Shown: in pieces, positions 20,677-30,122 of the stretch | Position numbering within the stretch: position 1 is the stretch's first letter | How the letters are laid out: the number at the start of each line of letters is the position of its first letter | Origin: Dehalococcoidia bacterium | GTDB lineage: Bacteria > Chloroflexota > Dehalococcoidia > Lucifugimonadales > UBA1127 | NCBI GenBank assembly: GCA_965217675.1 | Contig: OZ244559.1 | Span: 962,126 to 1,026,125 of the forward strand | DNA length: 64,000 nucleotides | Direction: 5' to 3' | Position numbers and translations under genes: made by a program | The notes under the pieces: generated by a model | The model's database searches: none | Told to the model about the DNA's origin: nothing | Seen by the model: the letters and a program-made list of their open reading frames with translations, nothing else

Positions 20677-21869
20677 CCCCGCTCTCTCTCCCAAATGAGG
20701 ATGCTCTCGTAGAATTCGTCCGCACGACGCCCGGTCCTGCGGTTCACGTGCCGCTTTAGGACGTCCACGCACCGGAACCCGGCCTTATCCGCAACTTGCC
20801 CATAGAGATCGAACTTGTCGTTAACTACGATGACGACAATACCGTTAGGGTGAAGTGACTGCCGGAGGTTGCTGAATACGGCAGCCATGTCATCCACGTA
20901 TTCCTGTCGCGCACGGCCTGAATTACCTCTGTTGGCAGGGCCTATGTCTTGTTCCCCTGCCCAGGGAAGTCCAAGAAGTTCGTAGGCGTAGCGGTGCTGC
21001 TCGTGGTAATCGATTAGTCCGACATAGGGGGGTGAGGTGAAAACGAGATCATGATGGGGAAATGGGAACTTACGGGCATCGCCGTGCTTCACGTCCGCTG
21101 ACACACCGTCTCGTGTCCCGGCGAACTCGCTTATGCGACGAAGCGTGTCCAAGCTATAGCGTTTGAGAAACTGTGCTGCGTTAGTTGTGGGTCTACATGT
21201 TCGACTGTGCTTGTAGCAATAATACGGTTCCTTCTGAGGGCGTTTGGGGAAGTCAAGATCAAAGTGGGTCGTTTGTCGCGCAGAACGGGCCGCGCGAGAC
21301 AAAATGACCTGCAAAACTTCTTGGTTCCGGTAATCAGGGATAAGAGAACGGAAACTCTCTAAGTCTCTTAGTGCGTCAGCATGGAACCATTCGGTCAAAT
21401 AAGGGTCTGGATAGTAGCTATCAGCATCTTCAAAAATGGCCAACTGCTGCGAGCTCAACGCCCGCCGAACTATGTCATTGATCTCCGAGTCCAAAAGCTC
21501 TAGGTCGTATTTGGCCGTTTTGACCCGGGTGAGAAGGCAATTGAATTCAGAGATATCACATCCGAACGACGGGATGCCAAGCGCAAGAGCCTGTACCAGT
21601 GTGGTGCCTGACCCACAGAAGGGGTCGCATACTACCGAAGGACGGTACTTGCGCAGGAATATCTCAGCTAGCTGAGGGATGAACTTGCCTTAGTAGGGAT
21701 GTAGACGGTGGACGTGCTTTGTGCGGATTCTCTCCGGAAGGTCCTTCTCGGTCCAATTCAGGTTGAGGCTTTGGAGATGAGTGTCGGGGGTGATGGACTC
21801 AAAGTCCGTGAAGGGGACCAAGGGCAGATGAGGACTTGAAAAAGCATCCCTGCTCGGCGCTCGAGCCAA
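20673..21869 (-). pseudogene. N4-cytosine DNA methyltransferase (M.MjaII-like) interrupted by an in-frame TAA at 21690-21692
   Basis: TTG start after GGGAG; one frame reads TKHVHRLHPY*GKFIPQL...DPFCGSGTT...FTSPPY. Confidence 0.8.
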
Positions 21870-21886
21870 TCCGTTCTCCCCGCGTT

Positions 21887-21927
21887 AAGTGGTCCTGGAC
21901 CTTAAGGACCACCGCGCGGAGTGTCAA
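21887..21927 (-). promoter_or_regulatory. Sigma70 promoter of the R-M operon containing three GGWCC sites (repeat copy 2)
   Basis: TTGACA (21922-21927) - 17 nt - TAAGGT (21899-21904); GGWCC at 21891, 21897, 21906. Confidence 0.7.
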
Positions 21928-22005
21928 TGGGGGCGGAGGGCTGGTTTTGCGGGAACCGAGCGGGGCTTGGCGTGAGGCGGGCCGGGCGGCTTGGGGCGAC
22001 GCCGC

Positions 22006-22227
22006 CTACAGCCCAAAGAAGTATTTGACGGCGATGGCAACCAGCACCCCAAGCATCGCGATAGCGACGGCTTTAATGATCTTCAATTCACCTTCCACGT
22101 GGCTTATGCGACCGCCTAGCTCTGTGTGCACCGTGCCGATGTACGCGGTCAACTCCTGGTGCTGCCGCGCGTTCTCCTGTACAAAGTCAGAGAAGTATTT
22201 GGGGACGTTCTGCTCTTGCGTCGTCAT
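22006..22227 (-). CDS. Small coiled-coil membrane protein, short paralog
   Basis: 73 aa; N-terminus almost identical to 23715-24122; C-terminal TM helix. Confidence 0.8.
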   Translation of the reverse strand: MTTQEQNVPKYFSDFVQENARQHQELTAYIGTVHTELGGRISHVEGELKIIKAVAIAMLGVLVAIAVKYFFGL

Positions 22228-22288
22228 GTGTGGTTCCTTTTCATCGGTACCCTTATTGTGCGCGGGGCGTGTGGGGCCGTCAACGCCC

Positions 22289-23629
22289 CTACCCCAGCCG
22301 CTCCGCCAGCGCCGAGGGCAGTTCCGCTATCGTCACCCGCTCCTGCAAGAGGGTGTCCCGGTCCCGGATCGTCACCTGCGCGTCGTCCAGCGACTCGAAG
22401 TCAACGGTGATGCAGAGGGGCGCGCCCACCTCGTCGAAGCGGCGGTAGCGGCGGCCGATGCTCTGGGCGTCGTCGTACTCCACGCGCCAGCGGCCGTCGT
22501 CCACCAAGCCGGCGAAAACCTCGCGGGCAAGGGGCGTCAGGCGGGCGTTGCGGCTCAGGGGCAGCACCGCAGCCTGCACGGGCGCGATGCGGGGGTGGAA
22601 TCGCAGCACCACGCGCGCCTCACCGGCGCCGGCGCCCGCAGCCTCGCCGCCCACCTCCTCCTCGTCGTAGGCGTCCACCATGAAGGCGAGGGCCGCGCGG
22701 TCGACGCCGCTGGCGGGCTCGATGACGTAGGGCGTAACGTGCTGATTCGTGTCGTTGTCGAAGTAGGTCAGCCGTGCGCCGCTGTGCGCCGAGTGCTGAC
22801 GCAGGTCGAAGTCCGTCCGGTTGGCGATGCCCTCGAGCTCCGCCCAACCCCAGGGAAAGAGGTACTCGACGTCCGTGGTCGCCTTGGAGTAGTGCGAGAG
22901 CTCGTCGGCGTCGTGGGGGCGCAGCCGGAGGTTCTCGGCGCGGACGCCGTGGCGCACGTACCAATCGAGCCGCTCCTTGATCCAGTAGTCGTGCCAGCTC
23001 TCGTCCTCGCCGGGTTGCACAAAGAACTCCATCTCCATCTGCTCAAACTCGCGGGTGCGGAAGATGAAGTTGCCGGGGGTGATCTCATTGCGGAAGGACT
23101 TGCCTATCTGCGCGATGCCGAAGGGCAGCTTCTTGCGAGTGGCGGTCTGCACGTTCAGGAAGTTCACAAACATGCCCTGGGCCGTCTCCGGGCGCATGTA
23201 GACGGTGCTGGCCGTGTCCTCCACGGCGCCCAGGAAGGTCTTGAGCATTAAGTTGAACTGGCGGGCGTCGCCGAGCGCACCCCCGCAGTCAGGGCACTCG
23301 GACGACTCGACGTGGTCGGCGCGAAAGCGGTGACGGCACTCGCGGCACTCGACGAGGGGGTCGGTGAAGCCAGCGAGGTGGCCCGAGGCCTCCCACACGG
23401 CGGGGTTCATCATGATGGCGGCATCCAGCCCGACGACGTCCTCTCGGCGTCGCACGACGTCGCGCCACCAGGCCTCCTTGACGTTGCGCTTGAGCTCGAC
23501 GCCCATGGGGCCGTAGTCCCACGCGTTTGCGAGGCCGCCATAGATCTCGCTGCCGGGGAAAACGAAGCCCCGCCGCTTGCTCAGCGAGACAATCTTGTCC
23601 ATGGTGACGGCACGGGGGGCGTCAGACAC
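22289..23629 (-). CDS. glyQS: Glycine--tRNA ligase (single-subunit type)
   Basis: KRRGFVFPGSEIYGG, YMRPETAQGMF, GIAQIGKSFRNEI, FIFRTREFEQME, ELEGIANRTDFDL; GTG after GGAGG. Confidence 0.95.
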   Translation of the reverse strand: MSDAPRAVTMDKIVSLSKRRGFVFPGSEIYGGLANAWDYGPMGVELKRNVKEAWWRDVVRRREDVVGLDAAIMMNPAVWEASGHLAGFTDPLVECRECRHRFRADHVESSECPDCGGALGDARQFNLMLKTFLGAVEDTASTVYMRPETAQGMFVNFLNVQTATRKKLPFGIAQIGKSFRNEITPGNFIFRTREFEQMEMEFFVQPGEDESWHDYWIKERLDWYVRHGVRAENLRLRPHDADELSHYSKATTDVEYLFPWGWAELEGIANRTDFDLRQHSAHSGARLTYFDNDTNQHVTPYVIEPASGVDRAALAFMVDAYDEEEVGGEAAGAGAGEARVVLRFHPRIAPVQAAVLPLSRNARLTPLAREVFAGLVDDGRWRVEYDDAQSIGRRYRRFDEVGAPLCITVDFESLDDAQVTIRDRDTLLQERVTIAELPSALAERLG

Positions 23630-23714
23630 GGGTACCTCCGAGGGGTGTGATGTGGAACGGGCTGCGAAAAGCGTAGCAACGGCGGGTGTGGATGTAAAGC
23701 GAGGGGGAAGGGGC

Positions 23715-24122
23715 CTAGAGGCCGAAGACGTATTTGATGACTGCGACGGCCACGGCGGCAAAGATCGCCACCGTTGCACCAAGCATCGCGACGCTGACGG
23801 CCTTGATGATACGGAGTTCGCCCTCCACGCCGCCGATGCGGGTGCCGAGGCTTGTCTCTACACCGCCGATGCGGGTGCCGAGGCTTGTCTCCACACTGCC
23901 GATGCGGGCGGTCAAGGCCGTCTCCACGCCGCTGATGTGGTTGCCAAGGCTTGTCTCCACCCCGCTGATGCGGTTGCCAAGGCTTGTCTCCACGCCGCTA
24001 ATGCGGGCGGTCATGGCCACTTCTACACCGCTGATGCGGTCTGCCAACTCCTGGTGTTGACGTGCGTTCTCCTGCACGAAGTCCGAGAAGTACTTGGGAA
24101 CGCTTTGCTCTTGCGTCGTCAT
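23715..24122 (-). CDS. Coiled-coil membrane protein with seven 11-aa repeats, long paralog
   Basis: RISGVETSLGN-type units (33-bp period) then a TM helix. Confidence 0.8.
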   Translation of the reverse strand: MTTQEQSVPKYFSDFVQENARQHQELADRISGVEVAMTARISGVETSLGNRISGVETSLGNHISGVETALTARIGSVETSLGTRIGGVETSLGTRIGGVEGELRIIKAVSVAMLGATVAIFAAVAVAVIKYVFGL

Positions 24123-24436
24123 TGCTGAGTCCTTTGGAAATTACAGCCCTATTTTGCTTGAATTGCAGGAAGGTTGTCAACTGGGATGAAAGCCGCCGTT
24201 TTCCTAGTATTTTCGCAAGCCGTTGGGCGAGCACACCTGATTCCGATCGCCGTTATGGGGTTCTTCTTTTCGGTCAAAAGGTGGTTGTCGGGATGGATAT
24301 TCTTGGCGGTCACAAAGTGCGCGGGGGCGGGCGATCTAAGAATCACCTTTACGGGTGACACGCGTTGCGGCAGGGCGACTTCCGCCGTGCTACGATAGTG
24401 ACGTTGCGGCAGAGCCCTCTACCAGAAAGGACTCAC

Positions 24437-25330
24437 GTGGACAACGCAATTGAGACGCACGGATTGACGAAATACTACGGCAAGAGTCGCGGCGTCGTTG
24501 GCCTGGACCTGGAGGTGCGCCAGGGCGAGGTCTTCGGATTCCTGGGCCCCAACGGCGCGGGAAAGACCACGACCATTCGGCTGCTGCTGAACCTGCTGCA
24601 GCCGACCAGCGGCGGCGCGACAGTGCTCGGTATGGATGTGGCTGCCGAGTCGCTGGCCGTGCGGCGCGTGTGCGGGGTCGTATCGAGCGATTCGGCGTTC
24701 TACGATAGCCTTTCGGGCCGCGCGCACCTGGCGCTCATGCAGAGTCACCACAACGGCGCGTCGAATCGCGGCGATGCGGTGGCAGAGCGGCTCGGCCTGG
24801 ACCTTGACCGCCCCGTAAAGACGTACTCGCATGGGACACGGCAGAAGCTGGCCATCGTGCAGGCTCTGGCGCACAGCCCACAGCTCCTAATCCTCGACGA
24901 GCCCACAAGCGGGCTTGACCCGCTGGTGCAGCAGGAGTTCTTCAAGCTGCTGCTGGAGGAACGCGACCGCGGAGTGACCGTGTTCTTCTCCTCCCACGTG
25001 CTCAGCGAGGTCGACCGCCTCTGCGATCGCGTCGGCATCATTCGCGAAGGCGTGCTCGCGGCGACGCTCGACGTCGACGAGCTACACCGGCAGCAGGTGC
25101 GCCGCATGGAGGTGACGCTGTCGCGAGACGCCACCCCGGAGGACTTCGCGCTGGAGGGCGTGACTGTCGTGGCGTGCGAGGGGCCACGTGCGGAGCTGCA
25201 AGTAGCGGGGCGAGTCGGCGCGCTGGTCGGCCTCCTTGCAACGCTCCCCGTAGAGGACCTCGTGTTCCCGGAGGCGAGCCTGGAAGACACCTTCACCCGC
25301 TTCTACGCCGGCGATGGGGGTGAGGCATGA
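24437..25330 (+). CDS. ABC transporter ATP-binding protein
   Basis: GFLGPNGAGKTTT, LILDEPTSGLDP, FFSSHVLSEV. Confidence 0.92.
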   Translation: MDNAIETHGLTKYYGKSRGVVGLDLEVRQGEVFGFLGPNGAGKTTTIRLLLNLLQPTSGGATVLGMDVAAESLAVRRVCGVVSSDSAFYDSLSGRAHLALMQSHHNGASNRGDAVAERLGLDLDRPVKTYSHGTRQKLAIVQALAHSPQLLILDEPTSGLDPLVQQEFFKLLLEERDRGVTVFFSSHVLSEVDRLCDRVGIIREGVLAATLDVDELHRQQVRRMEVTLSRDATPEDFALEGVTVVACEGPRAELQVAGRVGALVGLLATLPVEDLVFPEASLEDTFTRFYAGDGGEA

Positions 25331-26157
25331 GCATGTCCATTTACCGCAACGTCCTGACGTTGGCGAAGGTTGGCGTGGTGGCCTGGAGCGTCGTTCTGGT
25401 GCTCTGGGCGCTGTTGGTGGTCTGGATCTACCCGTCGCTGGGCGACACCGGGGTCAATTTTGAGGACTATCTGGACGCAATGCCCGAGCAGCTGAGGGCC
25501 GCTATGGGCATAGCTGGGCCAGAGGAAACGGCGTTGGTCTTTCAAGCCGGTGCGTTCACCTATGAGGGGTACGTTCACATCGAATACATCTCCTGGCTGC
25601 CCCTGCTCCTGGGCATCTATGCCGTAGTTTACTGCGGTGGTCTCGTGTCCAAGGAAGTGGAGCGCGGCACGCTGGACGTGGTGCTGTCGCAGCCGGTGGA
25701 ACGGACCACCTTTCTGCTGAGCAAGCTCGCCGGGTTCCTGACGCTGGCCCTTGCAGCTACGGGCTCTTCGACGATTGCGGTATTGCTGGGCGCACTGACC
25801 ATTGGCGAGGACGCCAACGTGACAAACGTGGTCGCCGTACACGTCGTGTCCTTCCTGCTGGTGGCTGCCATTGCCGGCTACTCGACGTTGGCGTCGTGCA
25901 TCTCGCTGGATCCCGGGCGCTCGCTGGCCGTTGCGGGGGTATTGACGGCAGTGAGCTACTTCGCGAATGTCCTGGGGTCGGCGGTGGAGGCCGTTGGCTT
26001 TCTGAAGTACGTCTCTCTCTTCTACTACTACGACTCGCTGCAGGTGCTTGCGGAGGGAGCGGTAAACTGGGGGGGCATCGCCGTCTACGTCGGCGTGTTC
26101 ACTGTGACGACGGCGGCGGCCGTTCTGGTGTTCCGGCGGAAGGACCTGGTCCGGTAG
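25327..26157 (+). CDS. ABC-2 type transporter permease
   Basis: Six TM segments; SKEVERGTLDVVLSQPVERTTFLLSK. Confidence 0.88.
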   Translation: MSMSIYRNVLTLAKVGVVAWSVVLVLWALLVVWIYPSLGDTGVNFEDYLDAMPEQLRAAMGIAGPEETALVFQAGAFTYEGYVHIEYISWLPLLLGIYAVVYCGGLVSKEVERGTLDVVLSQPVERTTFLLSKLAGFLTLALAATGSSTIAVLLGALTIGEDANVTNVVAVHVVSFLLVAAIAGYSTLASCISLDPGRSLAVAGVLTAVSYFANVLGSAVEAVGFLKYVSLFYYYDSLQVLAEGAVNWGGIAVYVGVFTVTTAAAVLVFRRKDLVR

Positions 26158-26161
26158 TGCG

Positions 26162-26527
26162 TCAGTCGGCCGACAGGTCCTCTGTGACGACGTTCTCCAA
26201 GTGTGTCACGCGCTGCACTACGCCTCGGGTGTTGAGCGCGATAGCAACTAGGTCGATGTGGAAGGGTACGTCGAGGGCGTGCTCCTGCAGGTAGGTGTAG
26301 GCCGTAGCGGTTAGCCGCTTCCTCTTGCCGACCGTGACCGACTCCTCCGGCGTGCCGAAGGTGCTGCTGCGCCTGGTGCGCACCTCCACAAAGACGACTG
26401 AGCCCTCATGTTCCATCACCAAGTCCACCTCGCCCCACCGGCAGCGGTAGTTGGCTTCCAGCAGCGCATAGCCGCGCTCCTCGAGGTAGCGGCGCGCGAT
26501 GTCCTCGCCTGCCTGGCCGAGGCGCAT
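26162..26527 (-). CDS. YraN family protein
   Basis: LGQAGEDIA..YL...GY..L..NYRCRWGEVDLV...FVEVRTR; exact start uncertain. Confidence 0.88.
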   Translation of the reverse strand: MRLGQAGEDIARRYLEERGYALLEANYRCRWGEVDLVMEHEGSVVFVEVRTRRSSTFGTPEESVTVGKRKRLTATAYTYLQEHALDVPFHIDLVAIALNTRGVVQRVTHLENVVTEDLSAD

Positions 26528-26531
26528 TCGG

Positions 26532-27170
26532 CTATGAGGCAACGCTGGCCTCCAGCACACGCCGCACGGGTGCGAAGCTGCGCCGGTGTAGCGGCGTCGG
26601 GCCCAGCCGCTCCAGCGCCGCGAGATGCTCTGGCGTGGGGTAGCCCTTGTGCCGCGCGAAACCGTAGCCGGGGTGCAGCGCGTCAAGCTCGCCCATGAGG
26701 CTGTCCCGCGCGACTTTGGCCACGATTGACGCGGCGGCGATGGAGCAGCAAAGGGCGTCGCCGTGGATGATGGCGCGGCACGGAAGGCCGTCGCAGTCGA
26801 GGCGCAGCGCGTCGACCAGGAGGTGGTCGGCGGACTGCGGCAGCTCGCGGATGGCGCGGGTCATGGCCGCCACCGTCGCCCCTACGATGCCGAGAGCGTC
26901 GATCTCCGCGTGGCTAGCGCTGCCAATGCCGACACCGGCCGCGAATCGGCGCACCTGCGGAGCGAGGCGCTCGCGAGCGGCGGCGGTGAGCTGCTTTGAA
27001 TCGCGCAGGCCGGGCAGCTTGCGCGCGCGGAAGGACGGTGGGAAGACCACCGCGGCGGCGACCACGGGTCCGGCCAGCGGACCGCGGCCAACCTCGTCAA
27101 CGCCAGCCACGCGTAGGTAGCCCTGCTTCCACAGAAGCCGCTCAGCCGACCAATCAGGTTGGGTGGGCAT
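26532..27170 (-). CDS. rnhB: Ribonuclease HII
   Basis: VAGVDEVGRGPLAGPVVAAAV, LRDSKQL, HLLVDA, IAAASIVAKVARD, YGFARHKGYPT. Confidence 0.95.
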   Translation of the reverse strand: MPTQPDWSAERLLWKQGYLRVAGVDEVGRGPLAGPVVAAAVVFPPSFRARKLPGLRDSKQLTAAARERLAPQVRRFAAGVGIGSASHAEIDALGIVGATVAAMTRAIRELPQSADHLLVDALRLDCDGLPCRAIIHGDALCCSIAAASIVAKVARDSLMGELDALHPGYGFARHKGYPTPEHLAALERLGPTPLHRRSFAPVRRVLEASVAS

Positions 27171-27173
27171 GCG

Positions 27174-27707
27174 CTAGGCGCCCGAGGAGGCCTTCTGCAG
27201 CCCCACGATGTAGTCCATCTGCTGCTGGTGCCCGAACTCGTGGGTGATCATCGAGCGCAGGTAGATCGCGGTGACCCATTCGGGCCGCTCAGGATTGGGG
27301 ACCTCGTCGAGGGTGTCGGCGTCGAGGCCATGGACCAGGTCCATGGCTCGGCTGCGGACTGTCTCGCCATAGGCCAGCAGCTCGCCCAGCGGCGGGATGT
27401 CGAACGCGCCGACCTCCTCGGAAGTCCAGCTATTGCCCGTGGTGAGCGCAGCGCGCTCGCCGGTGATGGTGTCGGGAAGCGGCCATGCCGCGTTCCAGCC
27501 GTCGGTGATGTAGGTCTCCTCCTGGCCGGTGAGGAGGCGCACGTAGCGGTCCTCCGTGCGGAAGACGTGCCAGAGCAGGAAGCCGACGGGGTTGGCCTCC
27601 GGGCCTGCGCGCCAGGTGAGCTGCTCCCGCTCGAGGTCGGACACGAGGCCGAGGGTCGCGTTGCGCGACTGCGTAGCCGCCATTTCCACAAATTCAAGGG
27701 TGTTCAT
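27174..27707 (-). CDS. DinB family protein
   Basis: NPVGFLLWH..RTED, C-terminal HE.GH.QQM. Confidence 0.8.
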   Translation of the reverse strand: MNTLEFVEMAATQSRNATLGLVSDLEREQLTWRAGPEANPVGFLLWHVFRTEDRYVRLLTGQEETYITDGWNAAWPLPDTITGERAALTTGNSWTSEEVGAFDIPPLGELLAYGETVRSRAMDLVHGLDADTLDEVPNPERPEWVTAIYLRSMITHEFGHQQQMDYIVGLQKASSGA

Positions 27708-27716
27708 CGTACGTCC

Positions 27717-28844
27717 TTACGCTGGAGTAAGGGCGGGCCGCGCTTGATCCTCCGCGCCGTGCGAGAGGGGGCCGGCGATGAATCCGCCGCCCAGCAGCTC
27801 GTCCCCCGCGTAGAATACCGCAGCCTGTCCAGGCGTGACCGCCCGCTGGGGCTCGGAAAACCACACGTTTGCGCCGCGCTCCGAGGCGTTGACCGTGGCG
27901 GGCGACTCCGCTGCCTTGTAGCGAATCTTCACCGTGGCCTGCAGCGGCCCGTTCGGCGGCGTACCGCAAACCCAGTTGACGTCCGTCGCGGCGAGCCCCT
28001 TCGCGAATAGCGCCGACTCCGGCCCCACCACGACGCGACGCGCCTCAGGCTCCAGCCGCACCACGTACAGCGGTTCCGTGCTGGCGATGCCGATGCCGCG
28101 ACGCTGTCCCACGGTGTACCGGTCTACGCCCTTGTGCGAACCCAACACCGCACCCTCCATGTCGACAATGTCGCCGGGCGTGGGCTCGCGGTGCAGCGTG
28201 AGGAACTCGCGGTAGTCGCCTGCCGGGATGAAGCAAATGTCCTGGCTGTCCGGCTTGTCGGCGATACCCAGGCCCGCCTCCCGCGCCAGCTCACGCAGCT
28301 CCGACTTGGCGTGGTGGCCGACGGGCAGCAGGAGCCGCCGGAGCTGGTCTTGGCGCAGGCCAAAGAGCACGTAGGACTGGTCCTTGGACGGGTCGACGGC
28401 CTTGAGCAGCCGCACCGTGCCGTCGGGAGCGCGCTCGGCGCGAGCGTAGTGGCCCGTCGCGATGGCGTCGGCGTCCATGGCGAGGGCGCGGTCCAGCAGG
28501 AAGCTGAACTTGATGAGATCGTTGCAGGCGATGCACGGGTGGGGCGTGCGCCCGCGCTCGTACTCGGAGAGGAAGTGGTCGATGACGGCGGAGCGGAACT
28601 CGCGCTCAGCGTTGATGACATAATGGCGAGCGCCGATGGCCGCGCAGACCTGGCGGGCGTCGTCGATATCCTCGAGGGTGCAGCAGCCGCGGCTGAGCGG
28701 CGCCGCGTCCTCGCGCTCCTCGGCATACAACCGCAGCGTGACGCCGATGACCTCGTAGCCCTGCCGCGCCAGCAGCAGCGCGGCAACCGACGAATCGACG
28801 CCGCCGCTCATGGCCACAACGACGCGGCCCGGAGACGTTGACAT
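27717..28844 (-). CDS. mnmA: tRNA 2-thiouridylase MnmA
   Basis: VVVAMSGGVDSSVAA, PHPCIACN, IATGHYAR, KDQSYVL, KPDSQDICF, YTVGQRRG, AVTPGQAAVFY. Confidence 0.96.
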   Translation of the reverse strand: MSTSPGRVVVAMSGGVDSSVAALLLARQGYEVIGVTLRLYAEEREDAAPLSRGCCTLEDIDDARQVCAAIGARHYVINAEREFRSAVIDHFLSEYERGRTPHPCIACNDLIKFSFLLDRALAMDADAIATGHYARAERAPDGTVRLLKAVDPSKDQSYVLFGLRQDQLRRLLLPVGHHAKSELRELAREAGLGIADKPDSQDICFIPAGDYREFLTLHREPTPGDIVDMEGAVLGSHKGVDRYTVGQRRGIGIASTEPLYVVRLEPEARRVVVGPESALFAKGLAATDVNWVCGTPPNGPLQATVKIRYKAAESPATVNASERGANVWFSEPQRAVTPGQAAVFYAGDELLGGGFIAGPLSHGAEDQARPALTPA

Positions 28845-29153
28845 TGGGTTTCCTCCTATGTCAAGGGTACCATAGGCGTATCGGAGCGGAAACCTTCCCA
28901 CCACCCGCTACCGTCACTCCCGTGCCCTCCTCAGCGTCATCCCCACCCCCTCAGCGCCATTCCTTCGAAGGCATGAACAGAGGGGCGTAGGGCAGTGGTG
29001 GGGCTGCCCCACCACCAACAACCGTCGCGGATCCTCTAACGCCAACCCTATCGCTCTTCCCTCTTGACGGCGGGGGGCGGGACTTGTCGCAGTGCGCGAG
29101 AGTTGCGTTGTCCATGCGCGGAGGGTTACGCGGGATGCAGCGCCGGGTTGGGG

Positions 29154-29857
29154 GCGCGAATGACGATGAGGTGGGCTCGAGACGGGCGAGCGTTTGGGCT
29201 CCTTGACGGGGTTGGGGCGTCGTTGAGGGACATTTGTTTCTCGGACAGGCGTAGCTGCGGCGGATTCGTTTGGGAATCGTGTTCTGTCGCATTGCAGCTA
29301 CAAGTCGAAAAATGCTATGCCCTAATCCCGCTTGTTGCGTGTCGAGCCGCCTCTGACTGTGGATGCAGACTGCGCCACCGACAAGTGGGCCGGCGGCGCC
29401 GTCGGCGTGGGGGTTGTCGATGTTCCGGTGGCGGTGGCTGCGTGCGATTGCCATGAGGGGACGATAGTGCGGACCGGAGCGTCGGAGCAATGAGGCGGTG
29501 TCAAGGGAGCGCGAATGACGATGAGGTGGGCACGAGACGGGCGAGCGTTTGGGGCGCGTCGAGAGATAATTGTTTCCCGCACGGGCGTAGCTGCGGCGGA
29601 TTTGTTTGGGAATCGTATTGGTAGCTGTTGTGCAACATTGCAGCTACAAGTCGAAAAATGCTATGCCCCAAATCTCTCTTGTTGCGTGTCGAGCAGCCCC
29701 TGATCGTGGATGCAGACTGCACCACCGACAAGCGGGCCGGCGCCCCCGTCGGCGTGGGGATTGGCGATGTTCCGGTAGCGATGGATGCGTGCGACGGCCA
29801 TGAGAGGACGATAGTGCGGACCGGAGCGTCGGAGCAAGGAGGCGGTGTCAAGGGAGC
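29154..29857 (-). repeat. Tandem duplication of a ~350-bp unit (copies C1 and C2 of the dispersed element)
   Basis: Units start at 29154 and 29509 (gcgcgaatgacgatgagg) and end in tgtcaagggagc. Confidence 0.9.
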
Positions 29858-29906
29858 ACGGGACACTTGATGTGGTCGTGGCGACAGGGTCGAGGCGGTC
29901 GTGGGC

Positions 29907-29930
29907 GGGCTATTCGCGAATTGCCCCTAC
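29907..29930 (-). repeat. GTAG-type REP-like palindrome
   Basis: Reverse complement reads GTAGGGGCAATTCGCGAATAGCCC. Confidence 0.65.
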
Positions 29931-30036
29931 GGTAGCGTGGCCTCTCCGCACGCGTACGATGACAGGGGCGCGGACAGCATCGCGGACAGGGGCGCGGCTT
30001 GTTGGGCCTGGGGGCCGCTGCTATAGTGGAGTGGTG

Positions 30037-30108
30037 GCCCCCGTAGCTCAGCGGATAGAGCACCGGCCTCCGGAGCCGGTGGCGGGCGTTCGAGTCGCCC
30101 CGGGGGCG
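30037..30108 (+). tRNA. tRNA-Arg(CCG), CCA not encoded
   Basis: GCCCCCG/CGGGGGC acceptor, GCTC/GAGC D stem, CCGGC-CT CCG GA-GCCGG, TTCGAGT T loop. Confidence 0.9.
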
Positions 30109-30122
30109 CTCCACCATCCCTT

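Noticed and set aside
29107-29118. 12-bp match CGCATGGACAAC with 7533-7544 as a further element head
   Set aside because: Lacks the YTGACA at the fixed distance and the -10 spacing is off by one; may be a truncated copy or chance.
30026-30116. Apparent extension of the tRNA-Arg acceptor stem (GTGGAG pairing with CTCCAC) and missing CCA
   Set aside because: GTGGAG overlaps the likely -10 box (TATAGT 30022), so it would not be transcribed; tRNA genes without encoded CCA are common.
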